A stretch of DNA of 39,323 nt from an uncultured Oscillospiraceae bacterium. Its GTDB lineage: Bacteria; Bacillota; Clostridia; Oscillospirales; Acutalibacteraceae. How positions within the stretch are numbered: the first letter of the stretch is position 1; each line of letters begins with the position of its first letter. Positions 25,867 through 35,262 of the stretch are shown in pieces. The position numbers and the translations under genes are program-made. The notes below the pieces were generated by a model, which saw only the letters and a list, made by a program, of their open reading frames with translations, made no database searches and had not been told where the DNA came from. The stretch spans positions 1-39,323 of the forward strand of contig CATWUX010000001.1 in NCBI GenBank assembly GCA_958354085.1, read 5' to 3'.

Positions 25867-26736
25867 TCAGAAAAATTTACCATACAAGTCGTCCAGGAAT
25901 GCTTTTTCTTGTGCATTTAAAGGTGAAAACGGTCTCCGGGAATTTCCGCAGGGAATTCCTTTTTTCGTCAGTATATATTTGACTGAGCGAATCACATCCG
26001 TCCGAATCAGAGCCTCGGTGACCGTGTTGACCTGATGCTGCAAATCTTCCGCCGTTTTCATATCTCCCTGTTGATACGCGGCGCAAATAGCCTTATACTT
26101 CTTGACCATGATATTAAACGTACTGCCGATGGCGCCTGTGATTCCGACCGGCAGCGCATTGCACAGCAGTTCGTCGTGGCCATTGAACAATTTTAAATCT
26201 GGGAAGTGGCGATGGATTTTTTCCAGTTCAAACAAATCATATGAGGTATATTTCAGCCCCTGAATCTGTTTGTTTTCGAGAATCTTCTTGAGATTATCCG
26301 CCGTGAAGGATACCCCGGACAATGACGGAATCGAATACACGATCATGGGCAGGTGCGTCACGGAACAGATGTCGTTGTAATACTGAGCCAACTCATCAAA
26401 GCTGTACTTGTAGTAGAAAGGAGGCACACTGGAAACCGCGGACGCGCCCAATTGCGTGGCATATTCCGCCAAGGCTGCCGCTTTGGCAGTGGACATTTCG
26501 CCAATGTGGGCAATGACCGGTACCCGACCCGCTGTTTCTTCAATAGCCACCCGCAGAACTTCCCGACGTTCCTCGGTGGTCAGCAAAAAGCACTCACTGG
26601 TACTGCCGCCTACATAGAATCCGTCTGCGCCCTCCTCAATCAGATGATTGATCAGTTTCCGCAGAGCTTGAAAATCTACCTGTTCCTTGTCGTCAAATGG
26701 TGTGACCAACGCAGGAATAACTCCTTGAATATTCAT
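25867..26736 (-). CDS. nanA: N-acetylneuraminate lyase-like class I aldolase (DapA/NanA family)
   Basis: ATG 26736 follows AGAGGG. The protein is collinear with E. coli NanA: VIPALVTPF, GFYVGGSTSE, VIAHIG, SSVPPFYY, PMIVYSIPSLSG, GLKYTSYD (Schiff-base Lys context, cf. ALKQTSGD), LFNGHDE and GAIGSTFN. Confidence 0.8.
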   Translation of the reverse strand: MNIQGVIPALVTPFDDKEQVDFQALRKLINHLIEEGADGFYVGGSTSECFLLTTEERREVLRVAIEETAGRVPVIAHIGEMSTAKAAALAEYATQLGASAVSSVPPFYYKYSFDELAQYYNDICSVTHLPMIVYSIPSLSGVSFTADNLKKILENKQIQGLKYTSYDLFELEKIHRHFPDLKLFNGHDELLCNALPVGITGAIGSTFNIMVKKYKAICAAYQQGDMKTAEDLQHQVNTVTEALIRTDVIRSVKYILTKKGIPCGNSRRPFSPLNAQEKAFLDDLYGKFF

Positions 26737-26871
26737 GAATAACCCTCTTTTTTGCATTTAAGTTTCGCGGCCGCGTGAACAGCCGCCTTTTCCGTGGATA
26801 CCGCGCCCGGCGCGGATAGACCGGCGACGGGCGCAGTATTCATTAACGATTTTTGCTGTGGTCAACCATTG

Positions 26872-29800
26872 TTATTGAGCCGTTTTCTTTTTCTTACGAA
26901 TCAGGATAACCGTAATTACAGCGCCGGCTGCAACAATCACACCGGCCAAAACTCCCAGAATAATCCAGACGGTGCCGTTTCCGAGCTTACCGCCCAAGAT
27001 ACCGGAGGCTTTATCAAAGGTTACATCAATGGTCAGCTCCTGATTCACATTGCTGACCGTAAAGGTGTTGTCCGTGACCGCTGTTTCCTGACCGTTGATC
27101 AGAACCTTGGAAACGGCAAAGCCTTCATCGGGCTTCAAGGTAAAGACCTTAGTATCCCCTTCCAGCAGCTTCTTGACCATGGATTCCACGGTACCGCCCT
27201 CCGAGATGTTCCAAGTGACTTTGTAACCGCGGACAATGTCGATATCGTAGCTCAGCCGGAAGCCGTTGGGGTGATACAGGGTAATGGTGTGTTTGCCCAT
27301 TTCCGCCATGTTAGGCTCCTTCAAGAGAGGATACCCGATCATGGACTGCGTCCATGTCCGACCGTTAAAAGCGGTAAAGGTCAGCACGCCGCCGTTCAGG
27401 CTGAACAGATCGCCTCTGCCGTACTTTACCTGCGGCAAGGTCGTGATCTCCACCGTCTTGGGGAAGTTACTGTCCGCCAAGGTGGCGTCATTCCACGGTT
27501 TCACCGACAGTTTGGATTTTTCCACCCGCACCATCTGGGCGCGCTGCTCGTTGTGGGTTGCCACAGCGCCGGGACCGTATTCCTCATCGGAGCGGCCATA
27601 GGACACATAGATATAGTCCTTTGAAATGTACAGGCTGGGATCCAAAATCTGATGAACCGATCCCGTCTTCAGGGAGGCTACCGGGCTCATCCGATCGATG
27701 TCCATAAGGAACTCCCAGTTCTTGCCGTCAGTGGATTTTACGAGCGAAAGCCGGGTACGATATTGGAGATCATTTAAAGAAGCCGGGCTGTCGTTGACCC
27801 ATACCATGTAATACGTGCCTTTCTCATAAGGATCGGCAAACACGGCAAACGAAGATTTAGCGCATTGAAGCTCCGGCACCGGATACATGCCCTGCCATGT
27901 TTTTCCGTCGTCAAACGACTCGGTATACTGCATGCATCCATATTCGTTACGCGAATAGTACATCCGCAGGCTGCCGTCGCTGCACTTGATCACCTTGGAT
28001 TCCGACCAGGATACATTACTGGTCGGCGTATAGTTGGCCACCACGTCGTTGGTGTTGGTCTCCGAAGGCGTCCAAGTCTTGCCGTAATCGTCGCTGTAGT
28101 ACACCACGGTGTAATGGCCGCGGATCGACGCGCCGTTATAGCGACGGAAAGCCACGGGGAAATACAGCCGGGTGTTACCCTCGGCGGTCTTGGCCGAAGT
28201 CATGGTATTCACATGGAACAAAGCCAGCTGGTTGCCGTCGTCGTCAAACTGCTCCGATGTGGGCAGCACCTGACCGATCGTCTCCCAGTTTTTCATATCC
28301 TTGGACACCTGCACATACAGTTCATTATACAGAACCTGAATATACATACCATTGTCCATCTTCAGGATGCTGGCATAACCGGCGCCGCACACGGTCTTAT
28401 AATCCTGACCGGTGATGTTGGTCCAGGTCTGCCCTTTGTCCTTGGACAGGAACTGATATTTGGCAAACACGCCCAGCAGATTGCCGTTTGGCAGCTCTTC
28501 GATCTCCAGATAGTTAGAGTAGGTTTCGGGGAATACGGTAACCTCCACCACGCCATCTGTAACAGCGCCGCCGTTTTTGAAGGTAGCTTTAATATCGTCC
28601 ACATAGAAATCTGCGTTATCGCTGTAGACACCGATCCGACCGAAGCCGCAGTTATCGATCATATCCGGCGAGCTGAGCACCACTTTACCGTCTACCTTAA
28701 CCTCAATGCTGTGGCCGCTTGCCGCCACCTCGAAGGAATACCATTTGTTTTTCTCGAGAGCAAAAGTCTCGTCGGCATACACCCGCTGGGTATCAAAATC
28801 GACGCCCTCGGTGCCCTCCAGATACCATTTGGATTCCTTGAAATCATAACCCGCCCGGACATAAGCCGTATCAGACGAACGGCGGATATAGAAGCCCGCC
28901 TTGGCGTTGCTGCGGGTGCCGGTTACTTTAAATTTCGCCGCATATACGGGATCCTCTTCAAAGCCATGGAGCCAGCTGTCGGTATAGCCCGAAACGCCTT
29001 TGACGCCGTACACCTTGTTGTCGCCGTCGGCATACACCTTCCACTGATCCTTGCCGGAGGTCTCGATCCAGTGACTGGGGTTTTTACCCGCCGTTTCGTC
29101 GTCGAAATTGTCCTCGTAAACGGTCGGTTCAATCTGCGGGACATAGACATTGGCAACGGTTCCCCGCACCTTAAAGTTATCGAACTTGCCGTTGGCCTCG
29201 GAATTTCGCAGACCGAAACCGCCGCTGACATACTGGTTGCTGGACATGGATTCATCCTGCGTTATCAAAAGAACGTCGTCTATGTAGACCTTCAGGATTC
29301 CCTCCAGCAGTGTCATACGCAGATTGTGCCATTCGTGCGGCTGGATGGTAATATCATAATTGATGGGCAGCACCGATTGCAGCGTGACATGGCCGGAAGC
29401 CTGCTTTTTCAGCAGCTGTAAGGTGTAGGTCATGTTGCCATCTGAATCCTTGGTCTTGTTGGTCAAACGGACATGGTAATAGCCGTAGCTGCTGATATTG
29501 AAGCCGAAACCGATGTAGCAATCTTCCTCCGACATCATAATATCCGCTTCAGCGGATACGATATTGCCCTCGTAGCCGTTGGGAATAGCCCAGCCGCTTC
29601 CCACCAAAGCATAGGTAGCCATATCGTTCAGGTAATATCCGTTGCGGGTCAGCCATTTACCGCTGTTATTCTCATAGCTGTGGATGTACCGATGCGGCAA
29701 ATCCTGATTAAAGGTGTCCCGATACAGGACATCGTATCCGGCCAGCTCCGGATACTGTACCAGTTCCCATGCATCCCAGATGGCCTCATACTGCGTAACC

Positions 29801-32541
29801 ACCGACTCGGCCAGACTGTTGACCTCATACGGAGACAGAGAATCAAACAATTGCTTCAGCTCTTGTACCGTCTGCCGATCCGATTCAGACAAAGCAGCGG
29901 GATTGATCGCCTGCACTTTGGAAGCGAAAGCATCCAGATAGTCCTGACGGGACACCACCGTCACCGTAAAAGTCGTGGTGTGATCCTGATAGGAAGCGGT
30001 CACCTTATGTTGTCCCAGCACGGTGCTATCGAAATCCGACAGCATTTGCGACGTGACCTTCACAATCTCGTTGGTGCCATCGTCATAATTGATCTTCAGG
30101 GACAAATCCTCCGGCTCCAATACAAAACCCTGATACAGAGTCGTCGCGTTGTTGGCGCTTTGTACTTCCATGGAGGCGATGCTCTTCTTATGCAGGGGGG
30201 TAACCAGGTAATTGTCAATCAGTGCGCTGGTGTTGACAACCTTTAAGCCGCTGGCACCTTTCACCTGCGCAAACTCGCTGTCGTCAATGAATGTGCTGAC
30301 CAGTGCGTCGTTGAAATATACCTGAATCTCATTGCCGATGATAGCCAGCTTGATATTATACCAGACGCTGGTTGTCAGGCCCTCTTTCAAACCGGCTTTG
30401 GTTTGAAGCAAGGAGGCCGTATATTGCTCCAGACGTTCCGATCCGTTTTTGGAGAAACGATACAGCTCGCCTTTCATGGAACCGCGAGTCAAGTTCAGAC
30501 GGAACTCATAATAATAGGAATTGGTTTTTCGAGAGATAACGCCGATATATTCGCTGCTGGATTCCACATTCTTATCAAAACATACATCGGCAGAGACCGC
30601 GTAGTCGGTCCACTCCTCGCCGCCGTTAATATTGATAACATAGGAATAGGAAGAAACCGAACCCTGCGGTCGGTTGAAATCCACCTTCAGCATGCCTTTG
30701 CTCACTTTGTTGGTGAACTGCGCCGAGGCCGGGAAAGACCACAGACTGTTGGCGCTTTTATCAAAGGTATCTTTAAACAAATAAGCTGAAATAGTAAAAT
30801 CGAACGTGGTTGTCGCTTTTCCATAGGTGATCGTAATCGTCTGCTTTTTGGTAGACGTGGGGTTATAACCGGAGAGCATATTCTCCGTCACACCCATCAC
30901 ACCGATGGAATTGTCGGTGTAGTGCAGCAACAACGCAAAATTGGACACATCCAACGCTTTGGCTTCCAAACTGGTTACCGGTTCCAGTTTTGCGTTGACC
31001 AACGAAATTTTATCGATTGCGTCCGGGGACTTCTTTTCCGCGGTTACTACCTTGAAATCGTCAAATTCGCAGGAGCCGTTGATAGCGCGCAAACCCACAT
31101 AAGGGGTGGTTTCCGCCGTACTGAAATCGGAGGTTACAATGGCCAATTTATCGTTGACATAGCACAGTACGCCCTCGTCCAGCACAGTAACCTTTAATGT
31201 ATAGAACTTGTCCTTGCTGAAGGTGATGCCCAGATCACTCAACAGCGCGGAGCCCAAAAGAGTGGTATGACGGTACAGCAGCAGATTGCCGCTGGTGGTC
31301 AAACGCAGATTATACACCGCCGCACTGCCGCTGCCGGTGGCAAACTGCAAACCCGCCGCACCTTCACGCGCGGTGGCTGTGGTGGAATTACCCTTGGCGC
31401 GTACTTTGACCTGAACCGTATAGTTGTCCCAGTCGGCCGAGTCCGCGGTATTTACAAAAGCCTCCGCCGTAAGCGGTGAATTAAAGGCGCCTACATTGGG
31501 AAAGTCCACGACCATTTTGCCGTTTTCCGCTTTGAAAGCGTAGCTGAAACCGAATTCCGCGTTGTTGACCTCTTTGTATGTCCAGGCAGGCCGTCCATTG
31601 TCAAAGGATTCCTCCGCCAGCACGGTTTCCGGCAGGGACTTGACCACATTCACCTGGAACTGGGTAGTCTTTCCGCCATAAGAAACTGTAATGGTTTTGG
31701 TACCCACCGATCCATCCAGTCCCTTGAAGGTAACACCGGAAGTGGTCGAGGGAATGGTTTCGTTGCCGTACACCCCGTTATAAAACACTTTCAAATCGAA
31801 GCTCAGCAGGCCGGTAACCGAGATCTGCTCCGGAATGTTGATTGCCTCGATGCTTTCCACTACCCGATCCTCGATCTTGAGAATCTTGAAATTCTGAAAA
31901 GCGGCTTTGGTATACAGGGTACGTACGCCGGCAAAACCGCTCTCGTAGGATTTGTCGGTAACTTCGGTCACCAGCACATCGTTCAGATAGCACTGGATCT
32001 TTTCGCCTACGACCAGCATACGCAGTTCGTAGGTCTCGCCCTCTACAATCTTACCGTCCTTTGTGCCGGGAATATTGGTACTGGTCTGATACAGCACCTT
32101 ACCGGAGGATTTTTCCCCACGGCGATAAAGCCGGACAAAAGTGGTGCCGGAGGAGGTGATGCCGAGTCCGAATTCATAGCCTTCGGTCATAGACGCATTG
32201 GCTCTGGCGACGATTGCCGCGGTACCGGTCTGCACGTCGCCGTTTACGTCGGTGCCGCGTTTAATGGACAGAGAGCCGGACACCGCATAGTCTTTGTTTT
32301 CCGAGAGGCCGTTTACATAGTTTTTATCGCTGCCGGACAGCGAGTAGACGCCTCCGGCCACTTTGCCAACATTTGTATCTTGCCATTGTCCGGACAACCC
32401 GCTGGCGAATTCATCGGAAAACAATATCAAGGAATCTGCCTTTCCCAGTACAAAGCCAAAGCCGCTGAAAAGCGTGCAAACCAGGGCCAATACCGCAAAA
32501 GAGGATAGGATTCTCCTGGAAATATTTTTCATTTTATCCAC
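26872..32541 (-). CDS. 1889-aa multidomain surface protein: signal peptide, 5 DUF1080/LamG-like modules, 4 Ig-like modules, BNR/Asp-box propeller, InlB-B-like repeat, C-terminal TM anchor
   Basis: A single uninterrupted ORF with GTG at 32541 and an in-frame ATG at 32532. Jelly-roll ends: GFAGVRTLYTKAAFQNFKI, YVGLRAINGSCEFDDFKV, GASGLKVVNTSALIDNYLV, GGFGLRNSEANGKFDNFKV and GRIGVYSDNADFYVDDIKA. Ig-like (Big_3-like) ends: TITVSYGGKTTQFQVNVV, TITITYGKATTTFDFTI, KVTASYQDHTTTFTVTVV and TITLYHPNGFRLSYDIDIV. Asp-boxes: LSKDKGQTW, YYSDDYGKTW, SFDDGKTW, KSTDGKNW. The tail is WIILGVLAGVIVAAGAVITVILIRKKKK. Confidence 0.9.
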   Translation of the reverse strand: MDKMKNISRRILSSFAVLALVCTLFSGFGFVLGKADSLILFSDEFASGLSGQWQDTNVGKVAGGVYSLSGSDKNYVNGLSENKDYAVSGSLSIKRGTDVNGDVQTGTAAIVARANASMTEGYEFGLGITSSGTTFVRLYRRGEKSSGKVLYQTSTNIPGTKDGKIVEGETYELRMLVVGEKIQCYLNDVLVTEVTDKSYESGFAGVRTLYTKAAFQNFKILKIEDRVVESIEAINIPEQISVTGLLSFDLKVFYNGVYGNETIPSTTSGVTFKGLDGSVGTKTITVSYGGKTTQFQVNVVKSLPETVLAEESFDNGRPAWTYKEVNNAEFGFSYAFKAENGKMVVDFPNVGAFNSPLTAEAFVNTADSADWDNYTVQVKVRAKGNSTTATAREGAAGLQFATGSGSAAVYNLRLTTSGNLLLYRHTTLLGSALLSDLGITFSKDKFYTLKVTVLDEGVLCYVNDKLAIVTSDFSTAETTPYVGLRAINGSCEFDDFKVVTAEKKSPDAIDKISLVNAKLEPVTSLEAKALDVSNFALLLHYTDNSIGVMGVTENMLSGYNPTSTKKQTITITYGKATTTFDFTISAYLFKDTFDKSANSLWSFPASAQFTNKVSKGMLKVDFNRPQGSVSSYSYVININGGEEWTDYAVSADVCFDKNVESSSEYIGVISRKTNSYYYEFRLNLTRGSMKGELYRFSKNGSERLEQYTASLLQTKAGLKEGLTTSVWYNIKLAIIGNEIQVYFNDALVSTFIDDSEFAQVKGASGLKVVNTSALIDNYLVTPLHKKSIASMEVQSANNATTLYQGFVLEPEDLSLKINYDDGTNEIVKVTSQMLSDFDSTVLGQHKVTASYQDHTTTFTVTVVSRQDYLDAFASKVQAINPAALSESDRQTVQELKQLFDSLSPYEVNSLAESVVTQYEAIWDAWELVQYPELAGYDVLYRDTFNQDLPHRYIHSYENNSGKWLTRNGYYLNDMATYALVGSGWAIPNGYEGNIVSAEADIMMSEEDCYIGFGFNISSYGYYHVRLTNKTKDSDGNMTYTLQLLKKQASGHVTLQSVLPINYDITIQPHEWHNLRMTLLEGILKVYIDDVLLITQDESMSSNQYVSGGFGLRNSEANGKFDNFKVRGTVANVYVPQIEPTVYEDNFDDETAGKNPSHWIETSGKDQWKVYADGDNKVYGVKGVSGYTDSWLHGFEEDPVYAAKFKVTGTRSNAKAGFYIRRSSDTAYVRAGYDFKESKWYLEGTEGVDFDTQRVYADETFALEKNKWYSFEVAASGHSIEVKVDGKVVLSSPDMIDNCGFGRIGVYSDNADFYVDDIKATFKNGGAVTDGVVEVTVFPETYSNYLEIEELPNGNLLGVFAKYQFLSKDKGQTWTNITGQDYKTVCGAGYASILKMDNGMYIQVLYNELYVQVSKDMKNWETIGQVLPTSEQFDDDGNQLALFHVNTMTSAKTAEGNTRLYFPVAFRRYNGASIRGHYTVVYYSDDYGKTWTPSETNTNDVVANYTPTSNVSWSESKVIKCSDGSLRMYYSRNEYGCMQYTESFDDGKTWQGMYPVPELQCAKSSFAVFADPYEKGTYYMVWVNDSPASLNDLQYRTRLSLVKSTDGKNWEFLMDIDRMSPVASLKTGSVHQILDPSLYISKDYIYVSYGRSDEEYGPGAVATHNEQRAQMVRVEKSKLSVKPWNDATLADSNFPKTVEITTLPQVKYGRGDLFSLNGGVLTFTAFNGRTWTQSMIGYPLLKEPNMAEMGKHTITLYHPNGFRLSYDIDIVRGYKVTWNISEGGTVESMVKKLLEGDTKVFTLKPDEGFAVSKVLINGQETAVTDNTFTVSNVNQELTIDVTFDKASGILGGKLGNGTVWIILGVLAGVIVAAGAVITVILIRKKKKTAQ

Positions 32542-32684
32542 CCGTTTTTCTCACTAACTGGAATTTATCCGTTATTTCAATTCAAAAACCGCTTCTGTTT
32601 TCGCCGAAGAAGGCAGGAGCGTGTTTATCGCGCTTATGGCTTGCCAATAAAAGCGCCCCTGCCGCCGCAATCTCCTAATAGGCC

Positions 32685-34331
32685 TTATTTTGTCGCATTC
32701 GCATAAACGTCGTAGCTTCTTTGCAGGATTGCCAGATAATCGTCAATTCCCAGTTTCTTTATGGTGTTGACATAAGCGTCCCACTCTTGGTCGATATCAC
32801 TCTTATTGGTAATCCAATTGGCGCGCTTCGTATCCACCTGATAGAAAATATCCGTGGTCAGTGCATCCATGTCGTAGGCGTCGTCCGGCGCATAATACGG
32901 CCGCGGCCATACTTCCTTATTGATATAATCCTTGTAGATAGCATAGTTGTTCTGCTTAATAGCGTCGTTGCCGCCCAGGATGATCTGATTCTCATAAGCG
33001 CTGACCGGAATGCCGTGCGGAATGTTACCAATGATTTTGGTCAGAACCGGATATTCCTTGTCGATCGCTTTCTGCGTCTCGGAATCCAGTGTGAGGATCT
33101 TATATTTGCCGTCATCGGTTTTTTCCAGACGGCCTTCACCCACAAAACCGTAGTTGCAGGCCAAGGCATTTTCCAGATCATAGAATTTATCCATGAACGC
33201 CATCAGGACATCCACATTTTGGCACAGGTCGGTGACCAGGAACTGATTTTTACTGCCGTTGGTAGCGGGATGATAGTAGAATTTCGGCTCATAGCCTTCC
33301 ACCTTGGGAGGTGCAATGCAGATATAATCCGAGCTGTAAGCCGTGCTGACCGGAGCGGTGTTGGTGAACATACCGACTACGCAGGTTTCGGATTTCAGCT
33401 TGGCATTCAACGTGGTGGAGTTGCCGGTAAAGCATTCATTCCACATAAGGCCCTCGGTATACAGCGTACGGTACCACTTAATAGCCTCTTTATAAGCCGG
33501 ATCGATCGGTACGAATTTCACCTTGCCATCTACGACCTGTACAAAAGCGTCGGTGGTGCTGTCCTTGGTGGCAAGCCCCCACAGCCCTAACAGCGCCTCG
33601 GTGTGCATAAAGCTCTGACCGACGGCACACAGATAGGGAATTTCATCCTGAAGGTTATTGCCGTTGGGATCACGGGTAGCAAACGCACGCAGCACATTCG
33701 TCAGTTCGTCCAACGTCGTGGGAACTGCCAACCCCAAAGTATCCAGCCACTTTTTATTGATCCAAATCGGTGTTTCCAAATAGTGCCCCTGCAAGCCGTT
33801 GTTCTTCGGCAAAGTGTAAATTTTACCGTCGGTTGCCGTAACCATATTGTAAATCTGTGGATTTTCTTCCAGCTGTTTAGTGAAGTTGGGCATAACGGTT
33901 TTATTAAAATACCCGCCGATTTCCTGCAGCTTTTCAGCCTCGATATACTTGGACACGTCCAGATCGGTCAGCCACGGGCCGCCAAACCATACGTCGCCGT
34001 AATTGCTACCGTTGATCATTAACGCCAGCTTTTCAGCAGCTGCTGTACCGGCTCCCAGAAACTCAAACTGGATATTCACGTTGGTTTCGTTTTTGATCTT
34101 TTGCCAAAGCTGATTTTTTTCCAGATCCGATTTAAAGCTCTCCCCTTCTACGCCTCTTACCATGAATTTAAAGGTTACCGGCTCTTCCAGAGGAAATTTG
34201 ACCTCTTTCTCATGCATGACGGTCGACTCGGGAGTCGAGCTGCTGTCTTTGCCGCCGCTACAGGCGGTAAACGACAAAATGGAACATACTGCTAAGGTAC
34301 CTGCCAGCCAAGATCTTAACTTCGTTTTCAT
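32685..34331 (-). CDS. large sugar ABC transporter substrate-binding lipoprotein (LplA-like family 1 SBP)
   Basis: 548 aa with AAAGGAAG upstream and the lipobox ILSFTAC-SGG. Its size and position next to an LplB/LplC-type permease pair are typical. Confidence 0.85.
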   Translation of the reverse strand: MKTKLRSWLAGTLAVCSILSFTACSGGKDSSSTPESTVMHEKEVKFPLEEPVTFKFMVRGVEGESFKSDLEKNQLWQKIKNETNVNIQFEFLGAGTAAAEKLALMINGSNYGDVWFGGPWLTDLDVSKYIEAEKLQEIGGYFNKTVMPNFTKQLEENPQIYNMVTATDGKIYTLPKNNGLQGHYLETPIWINKKWLDTLGLAVPTTLDELTNVLRAFATRDPNGNNLQDEIPYLCAVGQSFMHTEALLGLWGLATKDSTTDAFVQVVDGKVKFVPIDPAYKEAIKWYRTLYTEGLMWNECFTGNSTTLNAKLKSETCVVGMFTNTAPVSTAYSSDYICIAPPKVEGYEPKFYYHPATNGSKNQFLVTDLCQNVDVLMAFMDKFYDLENALACNYGFVGEGRLEKTDDGKYKILTLDSETQKAIDKEYPVLTKIIGNIPHGIPVSAYENQIILGGNDAIKQNNYAIYKDYINKEVWPRPYYAPDDAYDMDALTTDIFYQVDTKRANWITNKSDIDQEWDAYVNTIKKLGIDDYLAILQRSYDVYANATK

Positions 34332-34356
34332 GAAAATCTTCCTTTCATTTCAAATT

Positions 34357-35247
34357 TTATCCTTTAATGGCTCCCACCATTACACCGCGATTGAAATACT
34401 TCTGAATGAATGGGTACAACAGACAGAATGGCAAAGCCGCCACCACAACGACACTGTATTTCAGCAGCTCCTTTTCCCGTTCAAATTCCAAAATCTGATC
34501 CGGCGTCATAGATTCCGACAAAGAAGAGCTCAGCGTCTGCGTCAGTTCTTGTATGATCACCTGCAGACTTTGCTTATTGGGGTCGTCGATATAAATGACA
34601 AAGCGCATATACTCGTTCCACCAGCTCAAAGCGCTGAACAGGAACAGTACCGCGATAGTTGCCTTGCACAGCGGCAAAGCAAACTGAAAGAAATAACGAA
34701 AATCGTTTGCACCGTCGATGGCCGCCGCCTCATACATGGTTTCCGGGAGAGAATCAAACGAGCTGCGCGCCAGAATCATATAATAGACGTTGAGTGACGA
34801 CGGAATAATCATGACCCATATGGTATCGAGCCAGCCGATGGATTGATGGAGCAAATAGGTTGGGACGATACCGCCGGTAAAATACATGGAGACAATGAAC
34901 AAAAAGTTGATAACCTTCCGCCCCTTCAGTTTTGTGCGGGACAAGGCATAGGCGGCCGGCAGAGTAACCGCCAGCGTGGCAAAGCTGCCCGCAAACAGAT
35001 AAAACAGGGAGTTGCGGTATCCAATCCAGATGCGGCTATTATCCAGCAAAGTTTTATAGGCACTGAAATTGATATCCTTTGGCCAGAAGATGACTTCGCC
35101 TCGGGCAATCGCCAACGGATCGCTTACGGAAGCGATAAGGACAAACCAGAGCGGGTATAGAGCAATCAGACTAATCAGGATCAGCAAAACGATGAATACG
35201 ATATCCGTGATTAAATCCACTCGGCTGCGCCGTTTTCTTTTCAGCAT
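34357..35247 (-). CDS. carbohydrate ABC transporter permease (LplC/MalG-like)
   Basis: 296 aa with GGAGGGG 6 nt upstream and the EAA loop YEAAAIDGANDFRYFFQFALPLCKATI. Confidence 0.9.
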   Translation of the reverse strand: MLKRKRRSRVDLITDIVFIVLLILISLIALYPLWFVLIASVSDPLAIARGEVIFWPKDINFSAYKTLLDNSRIWIGYRNSLFYLFAGSFATLAVTLPAAYALSRTKLKGRKVINFLFIVSMYFTGGIVPTYLLHQSIGWLDTIWVMIIPSSLNVYYMILARSSFDSLPETMYEAAAIDGANDFRYFFQFALPLCKATIAVLFLFSALSWWNEYMRFVIYIDDPNKQSLQVIIQELTQTLSSSLSESMTPDQILEFEREKELLKYSVVVVAALPFCLLYPFIQKYFNRGVMVGAIKG

Positions 35248-35262
35248 ATATACCCCTCCTTC

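Noticed and set aside
26794-30246. Plus-strand ORFs of 276, 518 and 257 aa (26794-27624, 27865-29421, 29473-30246)
   Set aside because: All three are antisense to the uninterrupted 1889-aa gene. Their translations are repetitive, with biased composition and no motifs. The same reasoning applies to 5629-6372, 9016-9885, 21420-22292, 32721-33590 and 36158-37201.
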